Shown: in pieces, positions 50,356-59,945 of the stretch
How the letters are laid out: every line of letters starts with the position of its first letter
Position numbering within the stretch: position 1 is the stretch's first letter
Assembly: GCA_964632315.1 (NCBI GenBank)
Contig: CAZWEM010000006.1
Coordinates: 32,001 to 96,000 of the forward strand
Direction of reading: 5' to 3'
Length of the DNA: 64,000 nucleotides
DNA from: an uncultured archaeon
GTDB taxonomy: Archaea; Asgardarchaeota; Lokiarchaeia; Sigyniarchaeales; SOKP01
Translations under genes and position numbers: made by a program
The notes under the pieces: generated by a model
The model's input: only the letters and a program-made list of their open reading frames with translations
Databases searched by the model: none
Told to the model about the DNA's origin: nothing

Positions 50356-51183
50356 GTGATGTTCAAAATGGCGTTTGATGTGGAGCAATTCTTAGCAGAT
50401 TGTAAAACCAATGCAGTTGAGTTTGATCCCAATTTTCTTAATTTTCTCACTAAGATTGATTCAGAGTGTGCAAAAATTAAAGAAGTGTACTTTAAATATT
50501 CTGAAATAATTGAAATTGATGAATTGTATGAAAAAGATATCGAAAGATTATCGAATTATCTTAGAGAAATAGAACAAATATTTAATCGTTTGAGATCATT
50601 AATCGAATCTTATTTTAAAGAATTCACACTTCTTGAAGAAATTGGAAATAAATTCAAGCAGATTTTTGTGAAAGTTACGTACGTGTCCGAATTAGGATAC
50701 ATAGGATTGCGCGTATCCGGAGGTTTAGAAAAGGATTTTATAGCTTTAGATTTGGAAAATCTTCAAGAAGCGATTGAAACCCTTCAATCAACCATACAAT
50801 TTCAAAGTAAGAATCCACCTACTTCCTATTTAACTGATACAGCTCTTGAGCTAGAGGGATTTTGTGAAGTGTTAGGATCATTAAATCGTCAGTTTCTACC
50901 CAATGTCATCCTATTGAAGCTTCCACCAAGATTATTACTACTCTATAATTCCATTGAAAGGATTACAAAGAGAATCCGAATGTTTTCTTCTTGTGTGGCT
51001 GATGATTATCTTACCAATTACATCTCTAGCGCTATAAAATCCTACAATAAAATTCAAAAAAAATCGAGATCTGAAAATAAAGAAGTGATTAGGATCAGAG
51101 GGAGTTCAGGATTGAAAATGAGACACCTTCCTCTTCTAGATCTTGCAAGTACCATCAAATTCCATTTTCTTCCTATATTTTAA
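50356..51183 (+). CDS. Hypothetical helical protein
   Basis: 275-aa ORF, no recognised motif. Confidence 0.65.
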   Translation: MMFKMAFDVEQFLADCKTNAVEFDPNFLNFLTKIDSECAKIKEVYFKYSEIIEIDELYEKDIERLSNYLREIEQIFNRLRSLIESYFKEFTLLEEIGNKFKQIFVKVTYVSELGYIGLRVSGGLEKDFIALDLENLQEAIETLQSTIQFQSKNPPTSYLTDTALELEGFCEVLGSLNRQFLPNVILLKLPPRLLLLYNSIERITKRIRMFSSCVADDYLTNYISSAIKSYNKIQKKSRSENKEVIRIRGSSGLKMRHLPLLDLASTIKFHFLPIF

Positions 51184-51250
51184 TGATCTCTCATTTAATA
51201 TATCTATTTTTGATAAAGATTAAGAAATAAATTTTTAAATTATATAAAAA

Positions 51251-52978
51251 TCAATTTTGTGAGTGCTTCACTTTCTTGCCAAGAATGAATGTAACAATAG
51301 ATATAACTGCAAGAAGAATGATTGCACTGTAGCCTGGAATCAGTGGCTCATTTTGCCCGTATGCACATTCCCCATTATCGTTAAATTTATTTCCGTGGCA
51401 ATTCTCTTCATGGATGCATTCTGCATTTCCCAGTAAGGTATTTCCTTGAATGGTATTATAATCGCTTTCTAATAATTGTATCCCGTAGAATAGATTGTTA
51501 TTTGCGGTGTTTTCTGAAATAATATTGCGATCACTACTTTCTGAATAGATTCCAGCTTTACCGTTATTATTGGCAATGTTTCCCAAGATGATGTTTAAAT
51601 CACTATAATAAACATTTATTCCATACTCAGAGTTGTCATTTGCAATGTTACCCACAATGGTATTGGCATAAACTATATCTAAAAATATTCCATACTTATT
51701 GTAACTTGCGATGTTTCCCCTAACTACAATATCATAGCACCAGACTATAAATATCCCCCATCCATTACTATTGCTTACGATGTTTCCCGAAATGGTGTCA
51801 TTATGGCAATGCCATAACGTTATCCCATATTGATTATCATTTACGATATTTCCCAATATGATATTGCCAACACAAAGAGCATTTCCCAAAATGTCGTTAT
51901 CTTCATAAGAGGTAAAGAATATTCCCCATACGTTATTATTACTTACGGTGTTTCCCGAAATGGTGTTATTATCACAAGCTATTAAATTTATCCCATAATA
52001 GGTGTTATTATATACCATATTTCCCGAAATGGTGTTATTAAGGCAATCTAGTAACTTTATCCCATAATTGTGATTATAATTAACGACATTTCCCGAAATG
52101 ATGTTGCCAACACAAGAATTTAATTCTAACCCACAATTATTATTGTTTGCGATGTTTCCCGAAATTGTACAATTATTACAATAATACAATGAAATTGCTG
52201 TATCACAAAATGAAATGTCCAAATTATTCAGTAATGAATCGTTACAGTTAACCAATATTACTTGTCCCGCATTTAAAAAGCTATCTGGGTTAAGATTAAC
52301 CTCATTTTTATAATAATATAGCGGTTTTCCATTCACTAAGTTTGATGCGCTTATCTCATAAGACTTCAAATGGTCGAGTGTACCACTAATGGATAAACTA
52401 CATTCATTCATGACATTCTCTGAAAGGCTAATATCATAACAATCAGATAATCTTATGCCATAATAATTGTTTTTGTTTACATTATTTCCCGAAATGGTAA
52501 TGTTATAACAATTACTTAAATATATACCATAGAAATTGCCAGATGTGCAATTGTTCATGATTAATTTTCCTCTTGTAATATTTTTTAATCGAATAGTCGC
52601 ATCTGGATGTTCACTGCTATTATAAAGCGTGCAATTCTCAATTTCGAAATATTCTTCAGAATTCTCAATCAAAATGCAACTTCCTATCCCACCACCATTT
52701 ATTATCAAATCCTTAATGATATACGGCTCAGAAAACGTGCCATTCCCTGTACAAATTCCCGCAGCCTTCGCAACCGTCCAATTATCATTAACATGAATTC
52801 TTCCCGACACACCCGAGATGCTAAATTGAGGTTCATACACGGTAAAATCTTCGCAATAGCCCGAATAAGTGTTGGTCTTGTTCTTGTTGTCACTATCACC
52901 ACACGCTAAAAAGAATGAAAACAAAAACAGAAGACCTATAAAACAAAGAATTATCCTTGGATTGATAATGGATTTCAT
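51251..52978 (-). CDS. NosD/CASH parallel beta-helix surface protein with IPGY-TM-basic C-terminal sorting signal (Loki-CTERM-like)
   Basis: GNGTFSEPYIIKDL, many NNTISGN..NN..GI repeats, IPGYSAIILLAVISIVTFILGKK. Confidence 0.9.
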   Translation of the reverse strand: MKSIINPRIILCFIGLLFLFSFFLACGDSDNKNKTNTYSGYCEDFTVYEPQFSISGVSGRIHVNDNWTVAKAAGICTGNGTFSEPYIIKDLIINGGGIGSCILIENSEEYFEIENCTLYNSSEHPDATIRLKNITRGKLIMNNCTSGNFYGIYLSNCYNITISGNNVNKNNYYGIRLSDCYDISLSENVMNECSLSISGTLDHLKSYEISASNLVNGKPLYYYKNEVNLNPDSFLNAGQVILVNCNDSLLNNLDISFCDTAISLYYCNNCTISGNIANNNNCGLELNSCVGNIISGNVVNYNHNYGIKLLDCLNNTISGNMVYNNTYYGINLIACDNNTISGNTVSNNNVWGIFFTSYEDNDILGNALCVGNIILGNIVNDNQYGITLWHCHNDTISGNIVSNSNGWGIFIVWCYDIVVRGNIASYNKYGIFLDIVYANTIVGNIANDNSEYGINVYYSDLNIILGNIANNNGKAGIYSESSDRNIISENTANNNLFYGIQLLESDYNTIQGNTLLGNAECIHEENCHGNKFNDNGECAYGQNEPLIPGYSAIILLAVISIVTFILGKKVKHSQN

Positions 52979-53261
52979 TTCAACATGCCCTTAAAACTTC
53001 TTCAGCAATGATTACTAGAATCGTAACTTTCCTTAAAATAGTTTTGTCTTAACTAGTTCTGTTTCAATCTTAGGACGGAATTTTTCAATGTTCACATCAT
53101 ATCCTACATCTTATCCACATTGATTAAAAAAACTTCTCCTATCGCTTAAAATGTAAGAATAAGACGGAATAGTTCAAGAGGACTAATTTGTATAAATATA
53201 TTTAAATTCAAATAGGGTTACAAATATATATTGAAATTCAAACCGTACAATCGTGTAAAAT

Positions 53262-53522
53262 ATGGTTAGAAGACTATCTCCTTTTGCAATTTATTTCATC
53301 GTAGTAGTTGCCTTGGTATATGTTGTTTGGTTCGTGTTTTGTCAACCAGTCATTCAATACATCTTGGAAAATGCCATTTCAACGTTCGGAGGCGCTCATC
53401 CTAGCCCTCTTAATGGATGGCTTGGTGTGTTTTTCCTCCCGCTTTTAATTGCTCTCGCTATAATAGGATTGACCGGCCTTATCATGTATGCGTGGAAAAA
53501 ATTGAAGAAAAATCCTTCCTAA
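53262..53522 (+). CDS. Small two-TM membrane protein
   Basis: Two hydrophobic segments, basic tail. Confidence 0.7.
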   Translation: MVRRLSPFAIYFIVVVALVYVVWFVFCQPVIQYILENAISTFGGAHPSPLNGWLGVFFLPLLIALAIIGLTGLIMYAWKKLKKNPS

Positions 53523-53634
53523 AAAAAAAATTTTCTTTTATTTATGAAAGAGACGGATACCTTAATCTATACCTGGCTAAATTTTAATGCAATCCAGTGG
53601 AGCTGAAGGGAAATCTTTAGCTATAGAAGCGCGA

Positions 53635-53910
53635 TCAAATTTCAAGGCATCCTGTGGGACTATTCTCACAGTCTATTGACAAATTTTTCCTTTCGAATTT
53701 GAAATCTTCTAATGTTTCTAATTGTTCAATTTTGAAGATTGCATCTTTTGCAATCCAAATGAGTTCCTTATTATTGGTGATCCCAATGAAATTTTCTTTA
53801 CCCGATAAAAATTCGTCCAACTTTACTTCGGAAATGTCTCCATAAGCGAAAGTTCGCAAACCCTTGAGATCATATTCTATCCGAATAATAATGCTATCTT
53901 TATCATTCAT
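53635..53910 (-). CDS. Hypothetical protein
   Basis: 91-aa ORF preceded by GGAGGAG. Confidence 0.65.
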   Translation of the reverse strand: MNDKDSIIIRIEYDLKGLRTFAYGDISEVKLDEFLSGKENFIGITNNKELIWIAKDAIFKIEQLETLEDFKFERKNLSIDCENSPTGCLEI

Positions 53911-53969
53911 GCTATATTCTCTCCTCCGAAGTATTTAAAGAACAATCGACTTTCATCTCGTATGGACGT

Positions 53970-54248
53970 TCATAATTTCTGGGCATAATTCAAGTGATCC
54001 ATGAACTCCTTGTACTCATTCACTTGTCTAAATCTCTCCGTGAATCTTAGATGGGATTGAAAGAAATAGGGTTCAAAAACTCCCTTAGAGATGAGTTTCA
54101 TTACATTTCCTTCAATTTCCTCAAGTCTATACTTGTATTTAAGAGTGCTTTGCAGTCCCTCAATGCAAGGTTCAGGAGTACAGTTCGGATCTTCTTGAAA
54201 TTTATAGACTACTTTAATGATATCTTGTTGGATTTTTGTAAAAGTCAT
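53970..54248 (-). CDS. Small winged-helix-like hypothetical protein
   Basis: TKIQQDII...LEEIEGNVMKLISKG...LRFT. Confidence 0.6.
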   Translation of the reverse strand: MTFTKIQQDIIKVVYKFQEDPNCTPEPCIEGLQSTLKYKYRLEEIEGNVMKLISKGVFEPYFFQSHLRFTERFRQVNEYKEFMDHLNYAQKL

Positions 54249-54496
54249 TCTATCACACTTACAAAAGCAATCCTATTTAAAGATGAGCCCTTTGAACTCG
54301 GATTAGACTTTGATCAAATTGTAAATTTTCTAATCTATAAACATAAAGCAATTATAATTTTCCAAGAAATAACCATTCCTACAGAATATGTTTCAGTGAA
54401 TTATGCCTGAATAACCTAAATATAAGTAACTCTTTTTTTGGCTGTCAAATAGTAAACATTTTTATAGAGAAAAATGTAAACTAGAAGTGAACAAAA

Positions 54497-55303
54497 ATGC
54501 AAGGGCAAAATAATACCGACGTTAGTCAGCAAGAGTATTCCGTCCCCATTAATGAAGCTTTAAAAGAAATAATCCCTTTTGACCAAAAAGTAGTTTTAAG
54601 TACCCAAATTGGCGTTAATTATAAAATAGATAAACCTAAGGGTGTAGGAGCAAAAAAAGGAGCGTTAACTTGGTTGCTTACAGGAAACGTAGCGGGTGCA
54701 ATAGTCACGTCAAAAATGGCTTCTAGTTTTCAAGGTATTTATTCTACTGATGCTTTAGTCACGAAAAAAGGTCTAGCTTTAAACTTACCTTCTTTTTATT
54801 GGGTAAATAACGGGAAAAAAATGAAGCGTAAACCACCCAATCCGAAATATATCTCTTGGAGGAATATCCATTTTCCATCAACTGATGACCTGCAAGGATC
54901 GTTTGAAATAGATCCAATTTATAAATGTTATCTCATCCATAATAAAAACCATGGATCTCGCGAACATTTTAATGTCCATAAAGAACAGTTTTTTAAATGC
55001 GTCCAAAAGTTTAGAGAGGCATGTGTAATACAATACATGAAAAACACTCAATCTGCTGCGGATTTAGATAATACACGGATAGAAGATGTGGATTTGCTTG
55101 TACTTGATTTCCTGAAAGGACATCCAGGAAAAGCATTCACCCATGAAAGTCTCATGAAACGTCTAAGAACTGAAATAAGTATTCAAGAATGGTTGGGTTA
55201 TTTACAAATATATCTTAGACAAATTTTAAATAAATTCTTACTCACTGGAGAAATAGAGTTCAATGAACATGAAGGGAATCTATTTTATTTTGCTTCAAAT
55301 TAA
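54497..55303 (+). CDS. Hypothetical protein, possible C-terminal winged helix
   Basis: VLDFLKGHPGKAFT...LRQILNKFLLTGEI...LFYF. Confidence 0.65.
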   Translation: MQGQNNTDVSQQEYSVPINEALKEIIPFDQKVVLSTQIGVNYKIDKPKGVGAKKGALTWLLTGNVAGAIVTSKMASSFQGIYSTDALVTKKGLALNLPSFYWVNNGKKMKRKPPNPKYISWRNIHFPSTDDLQGSFEIDPIYKCYLIHNKNHGSREHFNVHKEQFFKCVQKFREACVIQYMKNTQSAADLDNTRIEDVDLLVLDFLKGHPGKAFTHESLMKRLRTEISIQEWLGYLQIYLRQILNKFLLTGEIEFNEHEGNLFYFASN

Positions 55304-55855
55304 TTACTTTTTATTTACTAAATTTTATAATTTTTGATTATAGCTTTCGGTAAGCCGAAAGGAGGTGCTAACCTCACTCATTTTTCACGTATAATGTTAA
55401 GGATTCCTCAGACCGAATGATATCGGGAAGGCTTGTCTCTTTGAATAGAAATTGCGTATTAAATTCAGGATGACCTTTAAATGGAGCCTAATTAAATCAA
55501 TTTCTGATTCCTCCAAAAAAGTCGTTAAAGTTGCTGTTTTATTATATTCTGGCATAATGTTAATTTTTGCGATATATTTTTCATAGAGATCGGGTAGCTA
55601 ACTTGTCTGTTTAGCGATATCAAGTAAAGATTTAAATTCAGTATTTCTAACATCTTGCAATAAATTTGAGATGCAATATTTAATCTCTAACGAATATTCT
55701 TTTGCCAGTTCTTATGGAAAAAAGCATGATCCGGCGGACATCGCAAGAATTTTAAACCGCAAAGCCCAAAAATTAAGAAAACCAAAAATTATATAGGTAT
55801 CTGGGAGCATTGATCTCCTTATATTGATTATAAAAAAGTAAAATTTAAATAAGAA

Positions 55856-56383
55856 ATGACAGAATATTTCAATGATATTCAGAATGCTCAAAATATAACT
55901 GAGATAAAAGAAATACTGTATTATATTCAAAAAAAGTATCGAACCCCTCTCACTAAAATCCATGGTTTATTAAATTCATATCAAGGAAGACATCGTCAAG
56001 TGGGACAACGGTTTAAATCATTGAAAGATGAGATACTAAAGGAACTGCGAGCAATTTTCTGGAAAAAAACACAAAAAATCTACTATTTTAACCATCATTT
56101 CTCCAAGTTTGAACCTTATTTTCATAAAAGTAATAAGTCAATAAAACTCATCCAAGATGATTTTCAAATTTTTCTTTTTGTAGTTCCTCATATAAATCGC
56201 ATTTTAATGTGGTTTGGATTGCGAGTTAGTCAACAAGATAAAAATAATGCTAGAAAGGATGCCTTACGGATCATAAAATTAACTGGAGGTATATCAGAAT
56301 TAATGGAATCAAGCAAGGTTCTTGGAGATAAAGAATTTAACAAAATATTAGATTTAGAAGAAAGAAAGAATATTTACTATTAG
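55856..56383 (+). CDS. Basic hypothetical protein
   Basis: 175-aa ORF, no recognised motif. Confidence 0.6.
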   Translation: MTEYFNDIQNAQNITEIKEILYYIQKKYRTPLTKIHGLLNSYQGRHRQVGQRFKSLKDEILKELRAIFWKKTQKIYYFNHHFSKFEPYFHKSNKSIKLIQDDFQIFLFVVPHINRILMWFGLRVSQQDKNNARKDALRIIKLTGGISELMESSKVLGDKEFNKILDLEERKNIYY

Positions 56384-56598
56384 TTATACACTTTCATAAA
56401 CTTCCCTCCTTCACTAACATTCTAGTAATAATTTCTAAATAGTAATCCTAAATTTATTAATTAACGCGGAATGTGTTGAGTAAGAATGACAAAATTTATG
56501 ATTTACAAAATTTAATATATAATTATTGTTATTAGTTTATAAAATCAAACTACAGTATTTCATAATAAATTTTTTAAACGAATTGAGGTAAAAGAATT

Positions 56599-57219
56599 AT
56601 GCCAAGTCGACGAGGAGATGGCACTCTCGTATTTAAGATATGTTTTTACGGTCCTTCTCTTGGGGGAAAAACAACAGCTCTGGAATGGGTATATCATCGG
56701 GAAGGTTTAGCAAGTGGTGATATGCAACAGATTCAAGATCCTACTGGACGCACTCTTTTTTTTGATAGAGTGGTTGCAAGAGTTTCAAATGTAGTTTTTC
56801 AGGTATATACCGTGGCAGGTCAACGCAGGCATAAATTCCAGCGTCAGACTGTATTAAAAGGCACCGATGCTGTGATTTTCACGTGGGACTCCCTAATCGA
56901 TCAGTGGCAGGAGAATATTTGGTCTCTAAAAGAACTGCTCAAGTTTTATGGCGACAAATTGATCCCCGTAAAAGCTTTCGAACCTCCGGAGGTCCCATTG
57001 GTAGTGTTAGCTAACAAGAGGGATTTAGAGGATATCGTAGAAATCTCGAAGATTAGACAAGTCTTAGACACGGCAAAGTTGAATCACACGCTTATTTATG
57101 AAACTATCGCCATTACTGGTGTTAATGTCAAGCGGGCATTTGTCTATGCCGCACGTCAATCGGTCTTGAACCACTATAAGAAATTAAGTGGCAAGGCGAT
57201 GGAAGAGAGCTCATTTTAA
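56599..57219 (+). CDS. Small GTPase, MglA-like
   Basis: G1 YGPSLGGKTT, switch I RTLFFD, G3 YTVAGQ, G4 NKRD, G5 TIA. Confidence 0.9.
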   Translation: MPSRRGDGTLVFKICFYGPSLGGKTTALEWVYHREGLASGDMQQIQDPTGRTLFFDRVVARVSNVVFQVYTVAGQRRHKFQRQTVLKGTDAVIFTWDSLIDQWQENIWSLKELLKFYGDKLIPVKAFEPPEVPLVVLANKRDLEDIVEISKIRQVLDTAKLNHTLIYETIAITGVNVKRAFVYAARQSVLNHYKKLSGKAMEESSF

Positions 57220-57327
57220 AAGCAACCTACCTTTTTCATTCTTATTCTCATTACTCTTATCTTTAAGGTTTATCAATTTTGAGTATTATCTTTAAGAATT
57301 GAAAGATCTTTTCTGAATCTAAATTGT

Positions 57328-57705
57328 TTATCCGCCAGTCGGTTGGGTTGTACTTTGTTCAATTACTAACAATGAAGTACGAGTTGGAGCCCTAGTTCGA
57401 TGCTTTACACCTTTAGGCACAGTAAAACCTTGATGTTGTCTCAACTCAACTGTTTTTTCTTCTAAATCAATTAAAAGTAAACCTTCAATAACGAAAAAGA
57501 ACTCATCTTCCTTTTCATGCTCGTGCCAATGAAATTCTCCCTCAATGACCGCAAGTCTAACTATACTATCATTAACAAGACACAGAGATAGATTTTGCCA
57601 TTTTTTATCAGACGTAGCAATGATTTGAGGGATGTTAATAAGCTCAAGAGGTTTAAATTTTACCTCAGGATCAATAGCATATTTATCATAATCATGCATT
57701 TTCAT
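57328..57705 (-). CDS. Cupin domain protein
   Basis: GEFHWHEHEKEDEFF, VPKGVKH. Confidence 0.9.
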   Translation of the reverse strand: MKMHDYDKYAIDPEVKFKPLELINIPQIIATSDKKWQNLSLCLVNDSIVRLAVIEGEFHWHEHEKEDEFFFVIEGLLLIDLEEKTVELRQHQGFTVPKGVKHRTRAPTRTSLLVIEQSTTQPTGG

Positions 57706-57841
57706 GCCCTTTTTTTAATTTTTTTCTCACAAGCTATTGCTTTAATACATAGTGGTAAGCAAAATTTAAAAAGAAACAGATAAAAATATTCACTATACCC
57801 ATCAAGAAATTTCTTTAAATTTAAAAAAAGTGAAAAAAAGC

Positions 57842-58603
57842 ATGACAAAGGAAGTTCTAAGTTACGAGGTCAAAGATCAAATCGCATATATTACAATAGA
57901 CAATCCAGAAAATAATTGATTGGATCCCCCTTTATGCAGAGTTTTAGGAGAAGCATGGGAGCGCTTTGCGAAAGATATGGAAAGCAGAGTTGCAATTCTC
58001 AGTGCAAAAGGCCCCGATTTCAGTCGCGGCGCAGATATTTTTGTCGAGGGCTTGTTAAAAGATCTTCTTAAAGCGTTTCCTCCAAATGGTACAAAAATCC
58101 TGAAACCAATCATCGGAGCAGTCCATGGAAATGTAATTGGAAGTGGATATGGGCTTGGAGTTTTAAGCACGGATATTACCTATGCGACAGAAGATACGCA
58201 GTTTATTTTTGGTGAGGTTTATGTTGGAATAGTTGGTACTGTTGTAGAATATAAACCATACATGCCTTTCAAGGCGTCCATGGAATTTTACATGTCAGGG
58301 AAACCGATGAATGCTAAACGAGCCAATGAATTAGGTTTAATCAATCATGTAACAAAAAATAAAGAAGAACTCAAGATAGAAGCTACTAAAATAGATCAAA
58401 TATCACGGGATAAAGCACCATTCTCGCTAAGAGCAATTAAATATGGTCATTACAAAGTCATGGAGAGTGAAGGACGAAAGACCATGCGTTTAGCACAAGA
58501 GGAATTTAATACTTTTATTCAACCTCAATTGGTTAGCGAAGACTTCAAAGAAGGAAAGGCAGCGCTTAAGGAGAATAGGAAGCCCATATTCAAAGGTCAT
58601 TAA
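57842..58603 (+). pseudogene. Enoyl-CoA hydratase/isomerase family gene interrupted by TGA at codon 26
   Basis: MTKEVLSYEVKDQIAYITIDNPENN*LDPP (TGA at 57917-57919); FSRGAD, KPIIGAVHG, SEDFKEG..RKPIFKG. Confidence 0.75.
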
Positions 58604-58869
58604 TAATTCGAAATTATATATCTTTTTTATCTCTTTTTAAAAACTCAATTTAAACGTTTTGAATTAATTATTTGATTTATTTACCGAATGGATTAAATGA
58701 CAAATATCTTTTATTCTAAATTCAAAACTGAATGTTTCACATGTTATTCTTACACATCGATTGAATAAAAATAATATGCATTTATAGAAATCGATTGCAT
58801 AATGAAATCACGTATTTCATTTACTAATCTTTCTGATTTGTTTAGTCAAGTAATACACTTACAATTTAT

Positions 58870-59040
58870 TCAGTCATATGCTTCCATTCTCCAGAAAACT
58901 GAAATATTTTTCACTGAGGTGGAAAAAGAGAAGATCTGATAATTCGGATTTTCTTCTCGAAATATGTAAATATCTTCATTAAGCCTTCTGCGTGTTGTAA
59001 ATAATATTTTAAATTCCTCTGGATAATCCCTTTTATTCAT
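58870..59040 (-). CDS. Candidate 56-aa hypothetical protein
   Basis: MNKRDYPEEFKILFTTRRRLNEDIYIFREENPNYQIFSF...; below the ORF-track cutoff. Confidence 0.35.
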   Translation of the reverse strand: MNKRDYPEEFKILFTTRRRLNEDIYIFREENPNYQIFSFSTSVKNISVFWRMEAYD

Positions 59041-59229
59041 ATTTATTATGAACCCATAATGATTTTCAATATTTTCTATCGCTTATTTGAAAAAAAAGTT
59101 TTATTCTAAAAGATTCAAGCTTTTTGATGAATCATTTTGATTCATTTTAAGCTTTTATTTGATTTATTTACCTAATAGATCTTCTCAAAATAACTAACCT
59201 TCTTGATATTATAATCATAAAGCATGGAT

Positions 59230-59796
59230 TTATAAGTCATCAGTATTAGCTTTATTTCGACGTATAAACTCGGGAGGGATATAATCAGCTAAAAACATAT
59301 CTCCAGATTGATAAAATTTTATTCCACTTTCTTGCGCTTTTATTACGTCAATTTCTAAAATTGTAGGGATTGGAGTTCGACGTTTGCCAACTATAACGGC
59401 ATCCCTCACTTTGTCGGAAAGATGAACATATTGTCGATTTTGTTTAGTTATACCCTCTTGAAGTATTTTCTTGCATGCTTTTTTAGTTGTCCCATGATAT
59501 AAAATGGAGGGTACTGCTGAGGTTTCTTTAAAGTCAATTTTCTTTTCTATACTATGACCATAAAATGCTCTTATTTTATCCTCTACAATTTCAAATCGAG
59601 TTTTCTTAGAATTTTGAATCATAAATTCAATAGTTTCTTTTAAGATCTTTTCATCTTTAAATCGATTAGAAAGCAGGTTTAATACGGTTGTTAAATCTGC
59701 ATATCCGTTTTTATCAAGTTTTAAGTTAAACTTATCAGGATGATGTCGTAAGATATATGATAAAAATTTTGATATTCTAATATACAAATCTTTCAT
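59230..59796 (-). CDS. kptA: RNA 2'-phosphotransferase (Tpt1/KptA)
   Basis: SKFLSYILRH, IRAFYGHS, LYHGT, RQYVHLS. Confidence 0.95.
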   Translation of the reverse strand: MKDLYIRISKFLSYILRHHPDKFNLKLDKNGYADLTTVLNLLSNRFKDEKILKETIEFMIQNSKKTRFEIVEDKIRAFYGHSIEKKIDFKETSAVPSILYHGTTKKACKKILQEGITKQNRQYVHLSDKVRDAVIVGKRRTPIPTILEIDVIKAQESGIKFYQSGDMFLADYIPPEFIRRNKANTDDL

Positions 59797-59945
59797 GATA
59801 TTTCATTGCGGTTAATCTTAAATTATTGATCCTCCAGAAAGTTGCGAAACAAACTTCGCTCATTATAAATACACCTTATCTTTTTAATTCTATTTCTTGT
59901 TTCAAGTATCAATTAATTTAAAAAAAAAATGAATTAATAGATTAA

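Noticed and set aside
51480-52500. Recurring TTTCCCGAAATGGTG-like DNA repeats at about 66-69 nt spacing
   Set aside because: Explained by NosD/CASH beta-helix coding repeats (TISGN); not a CRISPR array or DGR, and no reverse transcriptase is in the window.
54051-54410. 119-aa plus-strand ORF and similar overlapping antisense ORFs elsewhere in the track
   Set aside because: They overlap better-supported genes on the opposite strand and show no motifs.
59230-59796. Functional link between kptA and the intron-containing tRNAs
   Set aside because: The genes are 38 kb apart, and archaeal RtcB-type ligation leaves no 2'-phosphate, so no link is supported.
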